A stretch of 64,000 nucleotides of DNA from Mobula hypostoma (GCF_963921235.1 NC_086108.1:49230001-49294000); one strand, 5' to 3'; positions 26,703 to 39,048 are shown, counted from the stretch's first letter. Program-made: numbers and translations. The notes: a model not told the origin generated them from the letters alone.

Positions 26703-27353
26703 GATCGAAAGGGAACTGTTTTTTTAAAGAGAAGCAACTTGCCATTTTTGTTAGTCTCTAGATCTATTTTCAGACATGATAAATCTTGTTAGTATATGGA
26801 TAATGAAGTTAACAAGTAATTGCTTTAAACCATTCATTGAATTTGGCACTCTAAACAATACCAAATTCAAATTTGTAGGAACATATCATGTCTTTTTGTT
26901 TGAACATTGAATCTAGCTGTAATTATCTCTTGCTTTTACACACCTTATTGCTTTTGATTTCATGATGGAAGTTGGCTTGGCACTAAAATTGTGATAATAG
27001 CTTGGTATAATTTGAGTGGAAAAATACCTTGGAGATGCAATTCAGTCATTTGCATTTATTTAGATTCTTTAAACTTATCGTTTTCATGTCATCATTTTCA
27101 CTGTTTGATTTACTCTTTATAATTCAAGGATTTGATCAGATATTTAGATAGAAGCTCTTAATTCACCTGAGAAATTAAATTCAAGGAGGATTTTGCAACA
27201 TAAGTTAGTTTATTTAAGTATGATTTCGACAGCCGTGGAAATCTAAAATTGTTTACACAAACAGGAATTCTGCAGATGCTGGAAATTCAAGCAAAACACA
27301 TCAAAGTTGCTGGTGAACGCAGCAGGCCAGGCAGCATCTGTAGGATGAGGTGC

Positions 27354-27389
27354 AGTCGACGTTTCAGGCCGAGACCCTTCGTCAGAACT
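27354..27389 (-). ncRNA. Minimal hammerhead ribozyme motif
   Basis: Minus strand: AGTT-CTGACGA-AGG..CCT-GAAA-CGTC-GACT (one G.U pair in stem I). Confidence 0.75.
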
Positions 27390-27748
27390 AACTGAAGGAA
27401 GAGTGAGTAAGGGATTTGAAAGTTGGAGGGGGAGGGGGAGATCCAAAATGATAGGAGAAGACAGGAGTGGGAGGGATAGAGCCAAGAGCTGGACAGGTGA
27501 TAGGCAAAAGGGGATACGAGAGGATCATGGGACAGGAGGTTCGGGAAGAAAGACAAGGGGGGGGGGAACCCAGAGGATGGGCAAGAGGTATATTCAGAGG
27601 GACTGTCCCATGATCCTCTCGTATCCCCTTTTGCCTATCACCTGTCCAGCTCTTGGCTCTATCCCTCCCCCTCCTGTCTTCTCCTATCATTTTGGATCTC
27701 CCCCTCCCCCTCCAACTTTCAAATCCCTTACTCACTCTTCCTTCAGTT

Positions 27749-27784
27749 AGTCCTGACGAAGGGTCTCGGCCTGAAACGTCGACT
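27749..27784 (+). ncRNA. Minimal hammerhead ribozyme motif
   Basis: Identical to 19996-20031. Confidence 0.8.
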
Positions 27785-28049
27785 GCACCTCTTCCTACAG
27801 ATGCTGCCTGGCCTGCTGCGTTCACCAGCAACTTTGATGTGTATTGTTTACACAAAGATTGGCAAGGCTAATCTGACAATTGAAAATCCCAAAACTGGAC
27901 GTTGTTGGCAAGGATAGTGAGAGTTTGAAACTGTGGAAAGCAGAGCTGAGATATGCCGCTGTGATAATCTAATTGAATGTGGAAATAGGCTTGAATGTAT
28001 GAAGTTATCAAACTGACATTAAAAAATAGAAAACTGCAAAAGACAGGAA

Positions 28050-28270
28050 TTGGAATTTAAAAGCAGGAAATGTGAAAATGCTTAAAAGATCAGACAACAT
28101 CTGTGGGATAAGACAGAGTTCATTAGGATTGGTGATGCATGTTCATAATCTAGAAACACCAATTATGTTTCTGTCTTTACAGGTACTGCCTGATCTATCA
28201 AGTATCACTGTGTTCTATTTATTTCAGATTTTCAGCATCTGTATGCTTTCCTTCTCGATTTCAGATTATT
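28050..28270. mobile_element. Ancient, degenerate PLE mini-palindrome
   Basis: gatcagacaacatctgt ... acaggtactgcctgatc in inverted orientation, then tttcagcatctg. Confidence 0.4.
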
Positions 28271-28717
28271 GAACTGAAATCTCTTCAGTTAATATGTTCA
28301 TGGAAGATCATGGCAGAACAGTGATGCTTTACTTTGGGGATTTTAGTGATGATATGGTATGTTTTAGTGATATTCGGAATAAATTTGTAAACCACAAATG
28401 CTATCTTGCTGGTCTTGATACCTGTATCTATACTGAGGTTATCTTAAAGGAATTAAATTTCACAGAATTTGCTAGTGTGTTCAGTGTCATGGTACAATAG
28501 CTATCCTTTGAATCATTGGGGATGTGTTATTAATTTTGTTTAGAGCCAATGTTAAAAGATGGAAATCAATTTGATGTAAGCTTTGATGTAGTGACGTTCC
28601 CCCCTTTATTTTAGCTCTGGCTTACTATCTGGTGTTTCTGAGAAACTTAATTTGGTAGCATCGGACTTCTAATAAAGTTTTCTTAAATAGATTTAACATA
28701 GTAAGATGCATATAACT

Positions 28718-29903
28718 CAGCAACACACACAAAATGCTGGTGGAACGCAGCAGGCCAGGCAGCATCTATAGGAAGAAGTACAGTCGACGTTTTGGGTCAA
28801 GACCCTTCATCAGGACTAATGGAAAAAAGAGATAGTAAGAGATTTGAGAGGGGGAGGGGGAGACCCAAAATGGTAGGAGAAGACAGGAGGGGGAGGGATG
28901 AAGCCAAGAGCTGGGAAGTTGATTGGCAAAAGGGATACAAGGCTGGAGAAGGGGGAGCATCATGGAACGGAAGGCCTTGGAAGAAAGAAAGGGGGAGGGG
29001 AGCACCAGAGGAAGATGGAGAACAGGCAAGGAGTTATTGTGAAAGTGAAAGAGAGAAATAAATAAATAAATAATAAATTAGGGATGGGGTAAGAAGGGGA
29101 GGAGGGGCATTAACGAAAGTTAGAGAAGTCAATGTTCATGCCATCATGTTGGAGGCTACCCAGACGGAATATAAGGAACATGTTCCTCCAACCTGAGTGT
29201 GGCTTCATCATGACAGTAGAGGAGGCCATCGATTGACATGTGGGAATGGGACGTGGAATTAATATGTGTGGCCACTGGGAGATCCTGCTTCCTCTGGCAG
29301 ACAGAGCGTAGGTATTCAGCGAAGCGGTCTCCCATTCTGATATGTCAGTCCATGGCCTGCTGTACTGTCGTGATGAAGCCACGCTCAGGTTGGAGGAACA
29401 ACACCTTATATTCTGTCTGGGTAGCCTCCAACCTGATGGCATGAACATTGATTTCTCTAACTTCCATTAATGCCCCTTCTTACCCCACCCTTATTTATTT
29501 ATTTATTTATTCTTTCTTTCTTTCTTTCTCTCTTTCCCTCTCTCAATAACTCCTTGCCTGTTCTCCATCTTCCTCTGGTGGTCCCCTCCCCATTTCTTTC
29601 TTCCAATGCCTTCCACCCCATGATACTCCCCCTTCTCCAGCCTTGTATCCCTTTTGCCAATCAACTTCCCAGCTGTTGGCTTCATCCCTCCCCCTCCTGT
29701 CTTCTCCTGTCATTTTGGGTCTCCCCCTCCCCCTCCCACTTTCAAATCTTTTACTATCTCTTTTTTCCATTAGTCCTGATGAAGGGTCTTGACCCAAAAC
29801 GTCAACTGTACTTCTTCCTATAGGTGCTGCCTGGCTTGCTGTGTTCCACTAGCATTTTGTATGTGTTGCTTGAATTTCCAGCATCTGCAGATTTTCTCGC
29901 GTT
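28718..29903. mobile_element. Long PLE palindrome (~530 bp arms)
   Basis: 28719-29245 inverted against 29331-29868; TSD tgcatataact at 28707-28717 and 29904-29914. Confidence 0.93.
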
Positions 29904-30030
29904 TGCATATAACTAAGATTTTTTCCTATAATATTTGTTGTAGCACTTTAAGTTTGTTTACCAATGATGAGGAATCACCATGAGTTATCATCTTGACTCA
30001 GATGTAGTTCAGCTGGGGTATTAGATAATA

Positions 30031-30220
30031 CCAGCGACGGTGGTGCAGGCGGATACGGTAGGGTCTTTTAAGAGACTCCTGGACAGGTACATGGAGCTCA
30101 GAAAAATAGAGGGCTATGGGTAACCCTAGGTAATTTCTAAAAGTAAGGACATGTTCGGCACAGCTTTGTGGGCTGAAGGGCCTGTATTGTGCTGTAGGTT
30201 TTCTATGCTTCTATGTTTCT
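30031..30220 (+). mobile_element. CR1 3' UTR with (TTCTATGT)n tail
   Basis: gggctgaagggcctgtattgtgctgta followed by an octamer tail. Confidence 0.8.
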
Positions 30221-30224
30221 TCCC

Positions 30225-30398
30225 CTCCAAGACCAAAGAGCAGATTGTGGACTTCAGAAGGGTAAGATGAAGGAACACAAACAATCCTCATAGAGGGATC
30301 AGAAGTGGAGAAAGTGAGCAATTTCAAGTTCCTGGGTGTCAATATCTCTAAGGACCTAACCTGGATGCAACATATTGATGCAGCTATAAAGGCACCAA
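30225..30398 (+). mobile_element. Rex1 RT fragment
   Basis: VDFR..IEGSEVEKVSNFKFLGVNIS-encoding DNA. Confidence 0.8.
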
Positions 30399-31750
30399 GA
30401 TCCCTGAGGCACACCACTGGTCAACGACCTCCATGCAGAATATGACCCGTCTTTGCCTTCTGTGGGCAAGCCAGTTCTGGATCCACAGAGCAATATCCCC
30501 TTGGATCCCATGCCTCCTTACTTTCTCAATAAGCCTTGCATGGGGTACCTTGCAAATGCCTTGCTGAAATCCATAAACACTACATCTACTGCTCTATCTT
30601 CATCAATGTGTTTAGTCACATCCTCAAAAAATTCAATCAGGCTCGTAAGGCACGACCTGCCTTTCGCAAAGCCATGCTGACTATTCTTAATCATATTATG
30701 CCTCTCCAAATGTTCATAAATCCTGCCTCTCAGGATCTTTTTTATCAGCTTACCAACCACTGAAGTAAGGCGCACTGGTCTATAATTTCCTGGGCTATCT
30801 CTACTCCCTTTCTTGAATAAGGGAACAACATCTGCAACTCTCCAATGCTCCAGAACCTCTCCCATCCCCATTGATGATGCAAAGATCATCGCCAGAGGCT
30901 CAGCAATTTCCTCCTTCGCCTCCCACAGTAGCCTTTGGTACATCTTGTCCGGTCCCGGTGACTTATCCAATTTGATGCTTTCCAAAAGCTCCTGCACATC
31001 CTCTTTCTTAATATCTACATGCTCAAGCTTTTCAGTCCGCTGTAAGTCATCCCTACAATTGCCAAGATCCTTTTGCGTCATGAATTCTGAAGCAAAGTAC
31101 TCATTGAGTAACACACATCAAAGTTGCTGGTGAACGCAGCAGGCCAGGCAGCATCTCTAGGAAGAGGTACAGTCAGCAACTTTGATGTGTGTTGCTTGAA
31201 TTTCCAGCATCTGCAGATTTCCTCGTGTTTACTTATTAAGTACCTCTGCTATCTCCTCTGTTTCCATACACACTATTCCAGTGTCACACCTGATTGGTCT
31301 TATTCTCTCACATCTTATCCTGTTGCTCTTCACGTACTTGTAGAACGCCTTGGGGTTTTCCTTAATCCTGTCTGCCAAGCCCTTCTCATGGCCCCTTCTG
31401 GCTGTCCTAATTTCTTCCTTAAGCTTCTTCCTGCTAGCCTTATAATCTTCTAGATCTCTATCAGTACCTAGTTTTTTGAACCTTTTGTAAGCTCTTCTTC
31501 TTGACTAGATTTACAACAGCCTTTGTACACCACAGTTCCTGTATCCTACCATTCTTTCCTTGTCTCATTGGAACGCACCTGTGCAGAACTCCACACAAAT
31601 ATCCCCTGAACATTTGCCACATTTCTTCCGTACAGTTGCCTGAGAACATCTGTTCCTAATTTATGCCTCCAAGTTCCTGCCTGATAGCCTCGTACTTCTG
31701 CTTACTCCAATTAAATGCTTTCCTAACTTGTCTGTTCCTGTCCCTCTCCA
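30399..31750 (-). mobile_element. CR1 LINE RT N-terminal region
   Basis: ORF 30518-31114: KSPGPD..PLFKKGSRDSPGNYRPV..SQHGFAKGRSCLTSL..DFSKAF. Confidence 0.93.
31111..31229. mobile_element. ~120 bp PLE-end palindrome lacking the ribozyme, inside CR1
   Basis: Flanked by tactcattgagta / tacttattaagta (31098-31110, 31230-31242). Confidence 0.85.
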
Positions 31751-31859
31751 GCTGATGATATTCCTGTTCCCTTGCCCTCTTTAGTAATGGAGATTGTGAG
31801 TTTGGATAAGTAACTTTTATGTTGTTCACTGGGCCACTGTATGCCAGTGGTATGCAGAA

Positions 31860-32250
31860 TGAATGGTTGGTGCGGTACCTATCAAATGTGTTGCATTGTC
31901 CTGGATTGCAGCCTTGTGTGGGGGCTCCAGTGCACAAGATCTCAACAGACTACAATCATTTCCATCATGGACACAACCCATTCTGCCATTAAGGGCATCT
32001 TCAAAAGGTGGTGCCTCAAGGAAGCACTGTTCATCATTTAGGACACTGTCCCTCCAGGACATGCTCTCTTGTTACTACCAGGAAGTGAAGGAACCTGAAG
32101 ACCCACACAGAACGATTTAGGAACGGCTTCTTCCTCCCTGCCTTCAGATTTCTGAATGGTCATTGAACACTACCTCGCTATTTCTCTATTTTGATTATTA
32201 ATTTATTTTGCAATTGACAGTAATTTTTATTGTCTTTGTGCTGCTGATGC
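31860..32250 (+). mobile_element. Rex1 3' region
   Basis: IKGIFKRWCLKEALFII; related to 39870-40150. Confidence 0.7.
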
Positions 32251-32479
32251 AAGCCATCAGTGTGTCTGGCATGTCCTACAGTCATCCCATTAGCAACGCA
32301 TTAGGTAGAAGACAAGCTTAATTTGATTTCAACTGCCACATTAAGTCATCTGTTCTCACTTCATCTGAAAAATTCCATTTGTTCCATTCAACGCCTCCCC
32401 CATTTTCTGTTATAAACTAACTTGTTTCTCTCAAGGAAAGTACGGGGGGGGGGAGGGGTGCCGGGGAGGGGGATGTCAG

Positions 32480-32705
32480 AGTTAAGTTCTTTACACAGAG
32501 TGCTGGGTGCATGGAACATCCTGCCAAGGGTGGTGGTAGAGTCAGATACATTTGGGGCATTTAAGAAACTTTGATAGACACATGGATGATAGAAAAATAG
32601 AGGGTTATTATGTAAGAGGGAAAGGTTAGATTGATTTTAGAGTAGGATAAAAGGACAGCGCGACATCATGGGCTGAAGAACCTGTACTGTTTTATGTTTT
32701 TATGA
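32480..32705 (+). mobile_element. CR1 3' UTR
   Basis: ttttacacagagtg..tggaac..catgggctgaagaacctgtactg. Confidence 0.7.
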
Positions 32706-33779
32706 GTTTTATTCTGTTTACCCGCTTTAATACTGAGTTTTAAAATTAAGTTTAATATTGAAATTTTGAAATTTACTGCCTGGATGTAGAAGGGCTTGAG
32801 CAATTTCGTGCAATGGCATTTGGGCATTTGAGGAGGCCCTCTTGAATGGGAAGCTGTTATCTTCATCATTGCACTAGATTACATTTAAGTTTGGTATATA
32901 ATGGTGTACAGTTGGAAGAATGATGTTTGCCAGCAGACAGGAATAGACAGAAGTGTTGGAGCAGAGTGTGAATGGACAGAAGTAAAGCAGGGTATTGAAA
33001 TAGATGGAAGTGTTTTGAAGATGTGACATCTAGCAGCATTGAGTTTGACATCAGCAAGGTGGTTGTGACTGCATCTAATCCATATCTCTGCACTCTGTTT
33101 AGTATGCATGTCCATTGCTATGTCTGCAAGACTGATGAAGATACTTCTTGACTTGAGTTTGCAAGTCTTAGGATTAGTTTCAGAAAAATACATGTTTTGC
33201 TTAACCACCGGGAATAACTGTTTTCATGGGATATTAAACACCTTTAGAAGTGCTTCTTCAACAGAAAGTATAAATGAACTCTTTATAAATAAAGAACCAA
33301 TGTTAAAGATGATTATCAGAAGTATACTGAAATATACTGGGGGCTTGAATTGTCCATATATGTAGTTGTACTGCAAGTAACCTGCTGAATTATGATGCGC
33401 AGTATAAAAGCATCAAAAGGTTTAAAGCATTTTATTGCCAACCTAGTTCCAAATGGATGAAGTTTCTTACCGAGGATGGTTCAAAATCTCTTTTATGTTC
33501 TCACTACTCAGTGGCATCCAAGAAAGACACATTTCGGTTTCAAAATGGCATAAAATGGGACATATGAGTATTTTAAGTTTAAGCTGCATTCTGAGCAGCT
33601 GCTGAGGAAAATGGGATGCCAGTGCTTGTCAGGTTTTGAATATGTTAAGCGAACAGTATTGACCAGATTTTTGGTTTTGAAGTTTTAGTTTGTGAAGTAA
33701 ACTCCCAGTTCTATTCAGTATTTCAAATAAATGTATGTGTGATGTTAGTGTATATTATAACCAAAGTAGGCTGCAGGTC

Positions 33780-34440
33780 AGTGGCATAGCGGTGCAGTGG
33801 TCACTGTTCATGGAAGAACTGAGTTTGAGCAGCTGCTTTCCTGAATTCTGATGGCAGGATGTTTTTGAAATTCTAAGATTTATGTGATTATTGGGCTGAA
33901 GTTTATACTGCTCTCCTTCAGTTTTCTGTGTTTTGTTGCCAATTAGCTGTTTGGGATTCTGGGTGGGCGATATGTTAGTTTTTGTGCGAGGTAGGGGTTG
34001 GGGATTTGGGTTTTGATTTTTTTTGTATGGGCGATCATTTAGTTTTTGTATGTGAGAGGAAGGTTGGGGGTTCGATGCTATTGTCGCTCTTCCTTTTTGC
34101 AATGGAGGGGTTTGGGGTTTTTGATTTTCTAACTGCTGTTTTCTGGGTGGGCGATCTGTTAGTTTTTCTGCATGAGTTTGGGGTTTGGGGGTTTGACATT
34201 CTGGCTGCTGTCTTCCAGGTGGGCAATCTGATAGTTTATTTGTGCGAGGGAGGGGATGGGGGATTTAGGGTTTGTGAGTTTTGTTTCTTCTTCCTCCTTG
34301 TGCTTAGAGGGAGGTTGATGCCTTTTCTTTCAAAAAATCCCGTGGCTTTTTTGTATTTCATGACTATCTGGAGAAGACGAATTTCGGAGCTATATTGTAC
34401 ATGCATACTTTGAAAATAAAATAAAACCTTGAACCTTTGA
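33780..34440 (+). mobile_element. Non-coding retroposon-like repeat with internal ~50-75 bp tandem units
   Basis: Four copies of gggcgatc(t)..tagtttt..gtg.gag in 33960-34260; tail aataaaaccttgaacctttga. Confidence 0.5.
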
Positions 34441-34646
34441 AGTATTTCTTTGAACTTCTCTCCCTTGTTGTAGAGTGGTCTAAATGACGTGACTGTTTTG
34501 AGACCTATGTTCCTGTCTTGAGAACATTGGATTAAGTTAGTGTCAGAGATTTTAGCTATTACTGAATCTGCTGTAACTAGAGAGACTGTTTTATTGGTGG
34601 CTGTTGGTTATGAGACTCCTGTGTTTTGGACTGGTTTTGAAAATTA

Positions 34647-35459
34647 CAGTGAATTCTGGTTAATTGTGACAAATTAGGACCAGTATGATTTGGCCCAATT
34701 AAGTGGCTGCCCCAATTAGACAAAGTTTCATGGAATTTGTTAAAAAAGTATTTTAAAAAAAGGCAAACCGAGTAACAAGTTATGCATTTAAATGAAATTC
34801 AGAACAAATTAGAACACTACCAATATTACTACAGTATTAAAAAAACTACATATTAGTTCCTGATATTTATTGACAGAGGAATTCATCCATGGGTTCTTTT
34901 GAGTCTAAATGAACAATATTGGCACAGGCACCTAGTACAGATAATGGACTGCCTTCATAAAATGCTGTTGATAATTGCATCCTCCAAATCTTCATTTTCA
35001 TTGTAACGTTCAAGATGTTACCTTCAAAGTAGAAACTATGAAAAACTTGATACCTTCCAATTTGTCATCGTTTCTAACTCGTTGAAGTTGTAACAACTAG
35101 CCATTTCTGCCTGAATGCTTGAAACTGCAGTGAGCAAAACAGTTCAAAATTGTCTTCGTGTTTATTTCTTGCCAACGATCAGTCACAAAAATCTTTTTGA
35201 ATACAAACACATACAACTGACTATTTAAAAACTGTTCGCTCGAAGCGCGGTTGTGTCTTAACAGCCACGCAATTACATACTACTGACGCTAGGTATAAAC
35301 TATTTAACAACAGTCTCCTGCTTCAGTTAAGCAGCATAGTGTCCCAAATAAACAAAGGGAGTCCTGGTTATTTTATCGATTAGTTTTTGTTCTTTAAGAG
35401 TTGTTCCAAATAAGTGACTGTCCTGATTAACTAATGGCCCAATTAACCTGAATTCACTG
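34647..35459. mobile_element. Tigger/pogo-like non-autonomous DNA transposon
   Basis: 20 bp TIR CAGTGAATTC(T/A)GGTTAATTG, TA on both sides. Confidence 0.85.
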
Positions 35460-36011
35460 TAATTTGTAATTCTCGGGTTTGGATTGTTCATCAAATTACC
35501 CATGGATGCCATCATTTTAATCACATTCATTCTTGTAACAATGGCTTTAGAAAGCTGATTATCCATGTTTATTTTGAGTAATCCCTATTCTTTCTGCTTT
35601 AGTACTTTAGCTGCCAGTGTGGTGTCATTTGGATTTATAACAAAGGGGACCAAAGAGACATTTGTTTGCATCTAGCTTATTTTTTAAAGAAAGAAATATA
35701 GACAAAGTCTGTTTTTAAACCTTCTGTCATGTTTTGTGTCAGAGTTCAGGGCAGTGTTGGTAAGTATTTTTTACAGTTGTTTCCAGTTTGTTGGCATTAA
35801 TATTCTTGTTAAGTGTAGTTGCTGCCAACATAATTTGAAAGATAGTTACTGAAATTATGTAAGAATTAGAATAATGTTTGTATTTCATTATGATTTTCCT
35901 TCTGTGCAAAATTATTTTGGATTTATTTTCTTCTTTCTTGTGTCAGTTTAGAACAATTTTCAGTATATTCTCAGTACCAGGGTTATGTGCCTTATGCTGA
36001 TATTCAAGTAT

Positions 36012-36333
36012 TGCTTGCTGCCCATTACACGATAGAATTTAGGGCAGCAATGAATGTCCGCAATCTCTGTCCTTATACAAGGGTTCTTCAGTGGTGTTTC
36101 TGTAACAACTTTCTTTTAACCTGACCGATTTTCTGTTAACCCTGAGCTGAACCCCTGAACATGGAGAACTGGTGGTCCACTCTTAGTCTGGCCTCTATCC
36201 TTCGACCTGTTTAGAATGGGTGACCCTACCAAGAACCAAAGCACAAGGCCCTGACTCCAGTCAACATAACTCTATGGGTCATAGAGGCATGCAAGCCTCC
36301 AAACCCTACGGCAAGTTTGTGGTCCACTTGGAA
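36012..36333 (-). mobile_element. RTE-clade bipartite non-autonomous retroposon
   Basis: 5' end GGACCACAAACTTGCCGTAGGG..GGCTTGCATGCCTC..GGTAGGGTCACCCA resembles BovB/Expander 5' UTRs (from recall); (GCAA)n tail; 13 bp TSD with 2 mismatches (35999-36011, 36334-36346). Confidence 0.7.
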
Positions 36334-38209
36334 GATACTTAAGTATGCTAATTGATTATCATAATGCAGCGTTATTTGAGTGAAGCCTTAATGGGAAAAC
36401 TACATTCTCCTTGTTTTATAATTAATGTTAGTTCTTAATAACTTCTCTAATACCTGTTCATAAGTGGTCAATAGCTTAGGGAATTTAAAAGATACAGTTA
36501 AAAAATTTACCTGCTGACTTTATTAAAGATCAAGCTTGAAATGAAATATCTTTGCTCATTCAAGTGAATAGAAATTCTTCTTTCTCAGAGAATTAACTGT
36601 TTTTAAATCTTAAAAGAAAAATACTGTTGAAGAAATATTTGGCTCAGTGCCCCAGCAGTTGCTTTCACATGACTGCTGAATGAATATCTAGAAAAGTTCC
36701 AAGTGAATGTTACTACTGCCCAACCAGGGTGTTCAACCAGAGTGCAGAAGACAACAAACTGTGCAAATACAAAATGAAGAAATAATAAATAAGTAAGCAA
36801 CAAATATTGAGAATGTGAGATGAAGAGTCCTTGAGAGTGGGTCCATTGTTTGTGGGAGGATTTCAGTGATGGGGCGAGTGAAGTTAAGTGAAGTTATTCC
36901 ATTTGGTTCAAGATCCTGATAGTTGAGGGGTAGTAACTGTTCCTGAACCTGGTGGTGTGAGTACTGAGACTTCTGTACCACCTTCCTGATGGGAGCAGTG
37001 AAAAGAGAGCATGTCCTGGGTGGTGCGGTGGTGGGGGGAGGGGGGGGGTGGTCCCTGATGTTGGGTACTGCTTTCCTGTGACTGAGTTTCATGCAGATGT
37101 GCTCTGCAGTTAGAAGGGCTTTACTGTGATGGTCTGGGCCATATCCACTAATTTTTGAAGGCTTTTGTATTAAAGGGCATTGGTGTTTCCATACCAAGCT
37201 GTGATGTAGCCAGTCAATACTCTCCACTGCATATCTGTAGAAGTTTGTCCGAGTTTTATATGCGATGCTGAATCTCCACAGACTCCTATGGAAGTTGTGG
37301 TGCGGTCAGCAAAATTGAATATGGCTTTGGAGCTGTGGCTGGCTACACAGTCATAAGTGTAAAGCGAGTAGAGCAGGGGCTAAACGCATAGCCTTACGGT
37401 GCACTTGGGCTGATGGAGATCATGGAGGAGATGTTGTTCCCAATCCGAACTGGCTGGGGTCTGCAAGTGAGGAAATCCAAGGTCCAGTTGCACAAGGACG
37501 TATTGAGGTCAAGGTCTTGGAGCTCATTGACTCTTCGTGTGGCTTTGGATCACCTGGACAATGCTAATGCCGATGTCAGGATGTTGTTTATTAACTATTG
37601 CTCAGTGTTTAACACAATCAGTCCTACAGTTCTGATCAAAAAGCTCCAAAACCTGGGCCTTTGTTCCTTCCTCTGCAGCTGGATCCTCGACTTCCTAACC
37701 GGAAGATCACAATCTGTGTGTATTGGTAATAATACATGCTCCTCACTGACGAATAATACTGGTGCCCTCAGGGGTGTGTGCTTAGCCCACTGCTCCACTG
37801 TCTCTGCACCCATGACTGTGTGGCTAGGCACAGCTCAAATGCCATCTATAAACTTGCTGACAACAAACTATTGTTGGCAGAATTTTAGATGCGGATGAGA
37901 AGGCGTACAGGAGCAAGATATATCAGCTGGTTGAGTGGTGTCGCAATAACAACCTTGCACTCAACATCACTAAGGCCAGAGAACTGACTGTGGACTTCAG
38001 AAAGGGTAAGGTGAGGGAACACACACCAGTCCTCATAGAGGGATCAGAAGTGGAAAGAGTGGGCAATTTCAAGTTCTTGGTTGTCAACATCTCTGAGGAT
38101 CTAACCTTGGCCCAACATATCGATGTAGCTGCAAAGACGACACGACAGCGGCTATATTTCATTAGGAGTGGCAGGATATTTGGTATGTCACCAAAGACAT
38201 TCTCAAATT

Positions 38210-39048
38210 GAACGTTGAACATTGAATATCTTTATTGTCATTGTTGTGGAGCAATGAAACACAGTTTAGCAGCTCAACGTTTTGCAGCATGACAAAGAAT
38301 ATATACATAAAATAAACTCTAAAACCTCAGGAGTGCAGTCCAAAATTAATAATATATGGATGGGGGGGGGTAGGACTATTGCACACCTGCCATTCCTGGA
38401 AGTGTGATGCATTTAGCTGCTGTTGTCTGAGGAGGGGGGCAGGAGAAGGGAAGGGGGGTGTTATACATTTCACTGCTTGTGGGTAGAAGCTGTTAAGGAG
38501 TCTGTTTGTTTTCATCCTTAATGCTCTGTATCTCTTCCCAGAAGGTAGAGGGGGAAAACAGGTGATGTCCAGGATGAGTGGGATCCTTTGAAATACAAGT
38601 AGCCTTCTTTTGAAGTCTGCCAGTATAAATGTCTCTGAGGGAGGGTAATGTTGTGCCATTAACCCGCTCTGCTACCCTCACCACCTGCTGCAAGTCTTTC
38701 CTGTTCTGCTCTGTGCAGCTGGCAAACCACACTGCACAGCAATATGTCAGGAGTCTCTCTATAGTTGTCTGATAGAAGTTGATCAGGTGATGAGGGAAGA
38801 GAGCGTGCTTTAGCTTTCTTAGGAAGTAGAGCCTCTATTGGGCCTTCCCCACTTGATAAGAGATATGGGCAGTCCAGGTGAGGTCAGCTGAGATGTGGAC
38901 GCCGAGGAACTTGAAACTCTCTACTCTCTCCACCTCTTTCCCGTATATGTGCAGAGCAGAATGTTCGATGCGCTTCGATTTCCTGAAGTCTACTATCAGC
39001 TCCTTGATTTTTGTGATGTTCAAGTCCAGGTTATTATAACAACACCAT
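38210..39048 (-). mobile_element. Rex1 LINE, different subfamily, (TTCAATG)n tail
   Basis: ORF 38835-39023 [21 protein letters not shown]; tcaaatt duplicated at 38203-38209 and 39049-39055. Confidence 0.88.

Larger units (their letters stand above)
27262..27842. mobile_element. Young PLE palindrome
   Basis: ~240 bp near-perfect inverted arms; TSD attgtttacacaaa at 27248-27261 and 27843-27856. Confidence 0.93.

Noticed and set aside
27243..27871. Near-identical ORFs on both strands (also 9418-9939, 28766-29823)
   Set aside because: Artefacts of the non-coding inverted PLE repeat.
30518..31114. 198-aa reverse transcriptase ORF as a functional gene
   Set aside because: Truncated CR1 fragment with no catalytic YADD region, interrupted by a PLE insertion.
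33960..34260. Spaced repeats as a CRISPR-like array
   Set aside because: Degenerate minisatellite with related spacers in a eukaryotic repeat; no cas genes.
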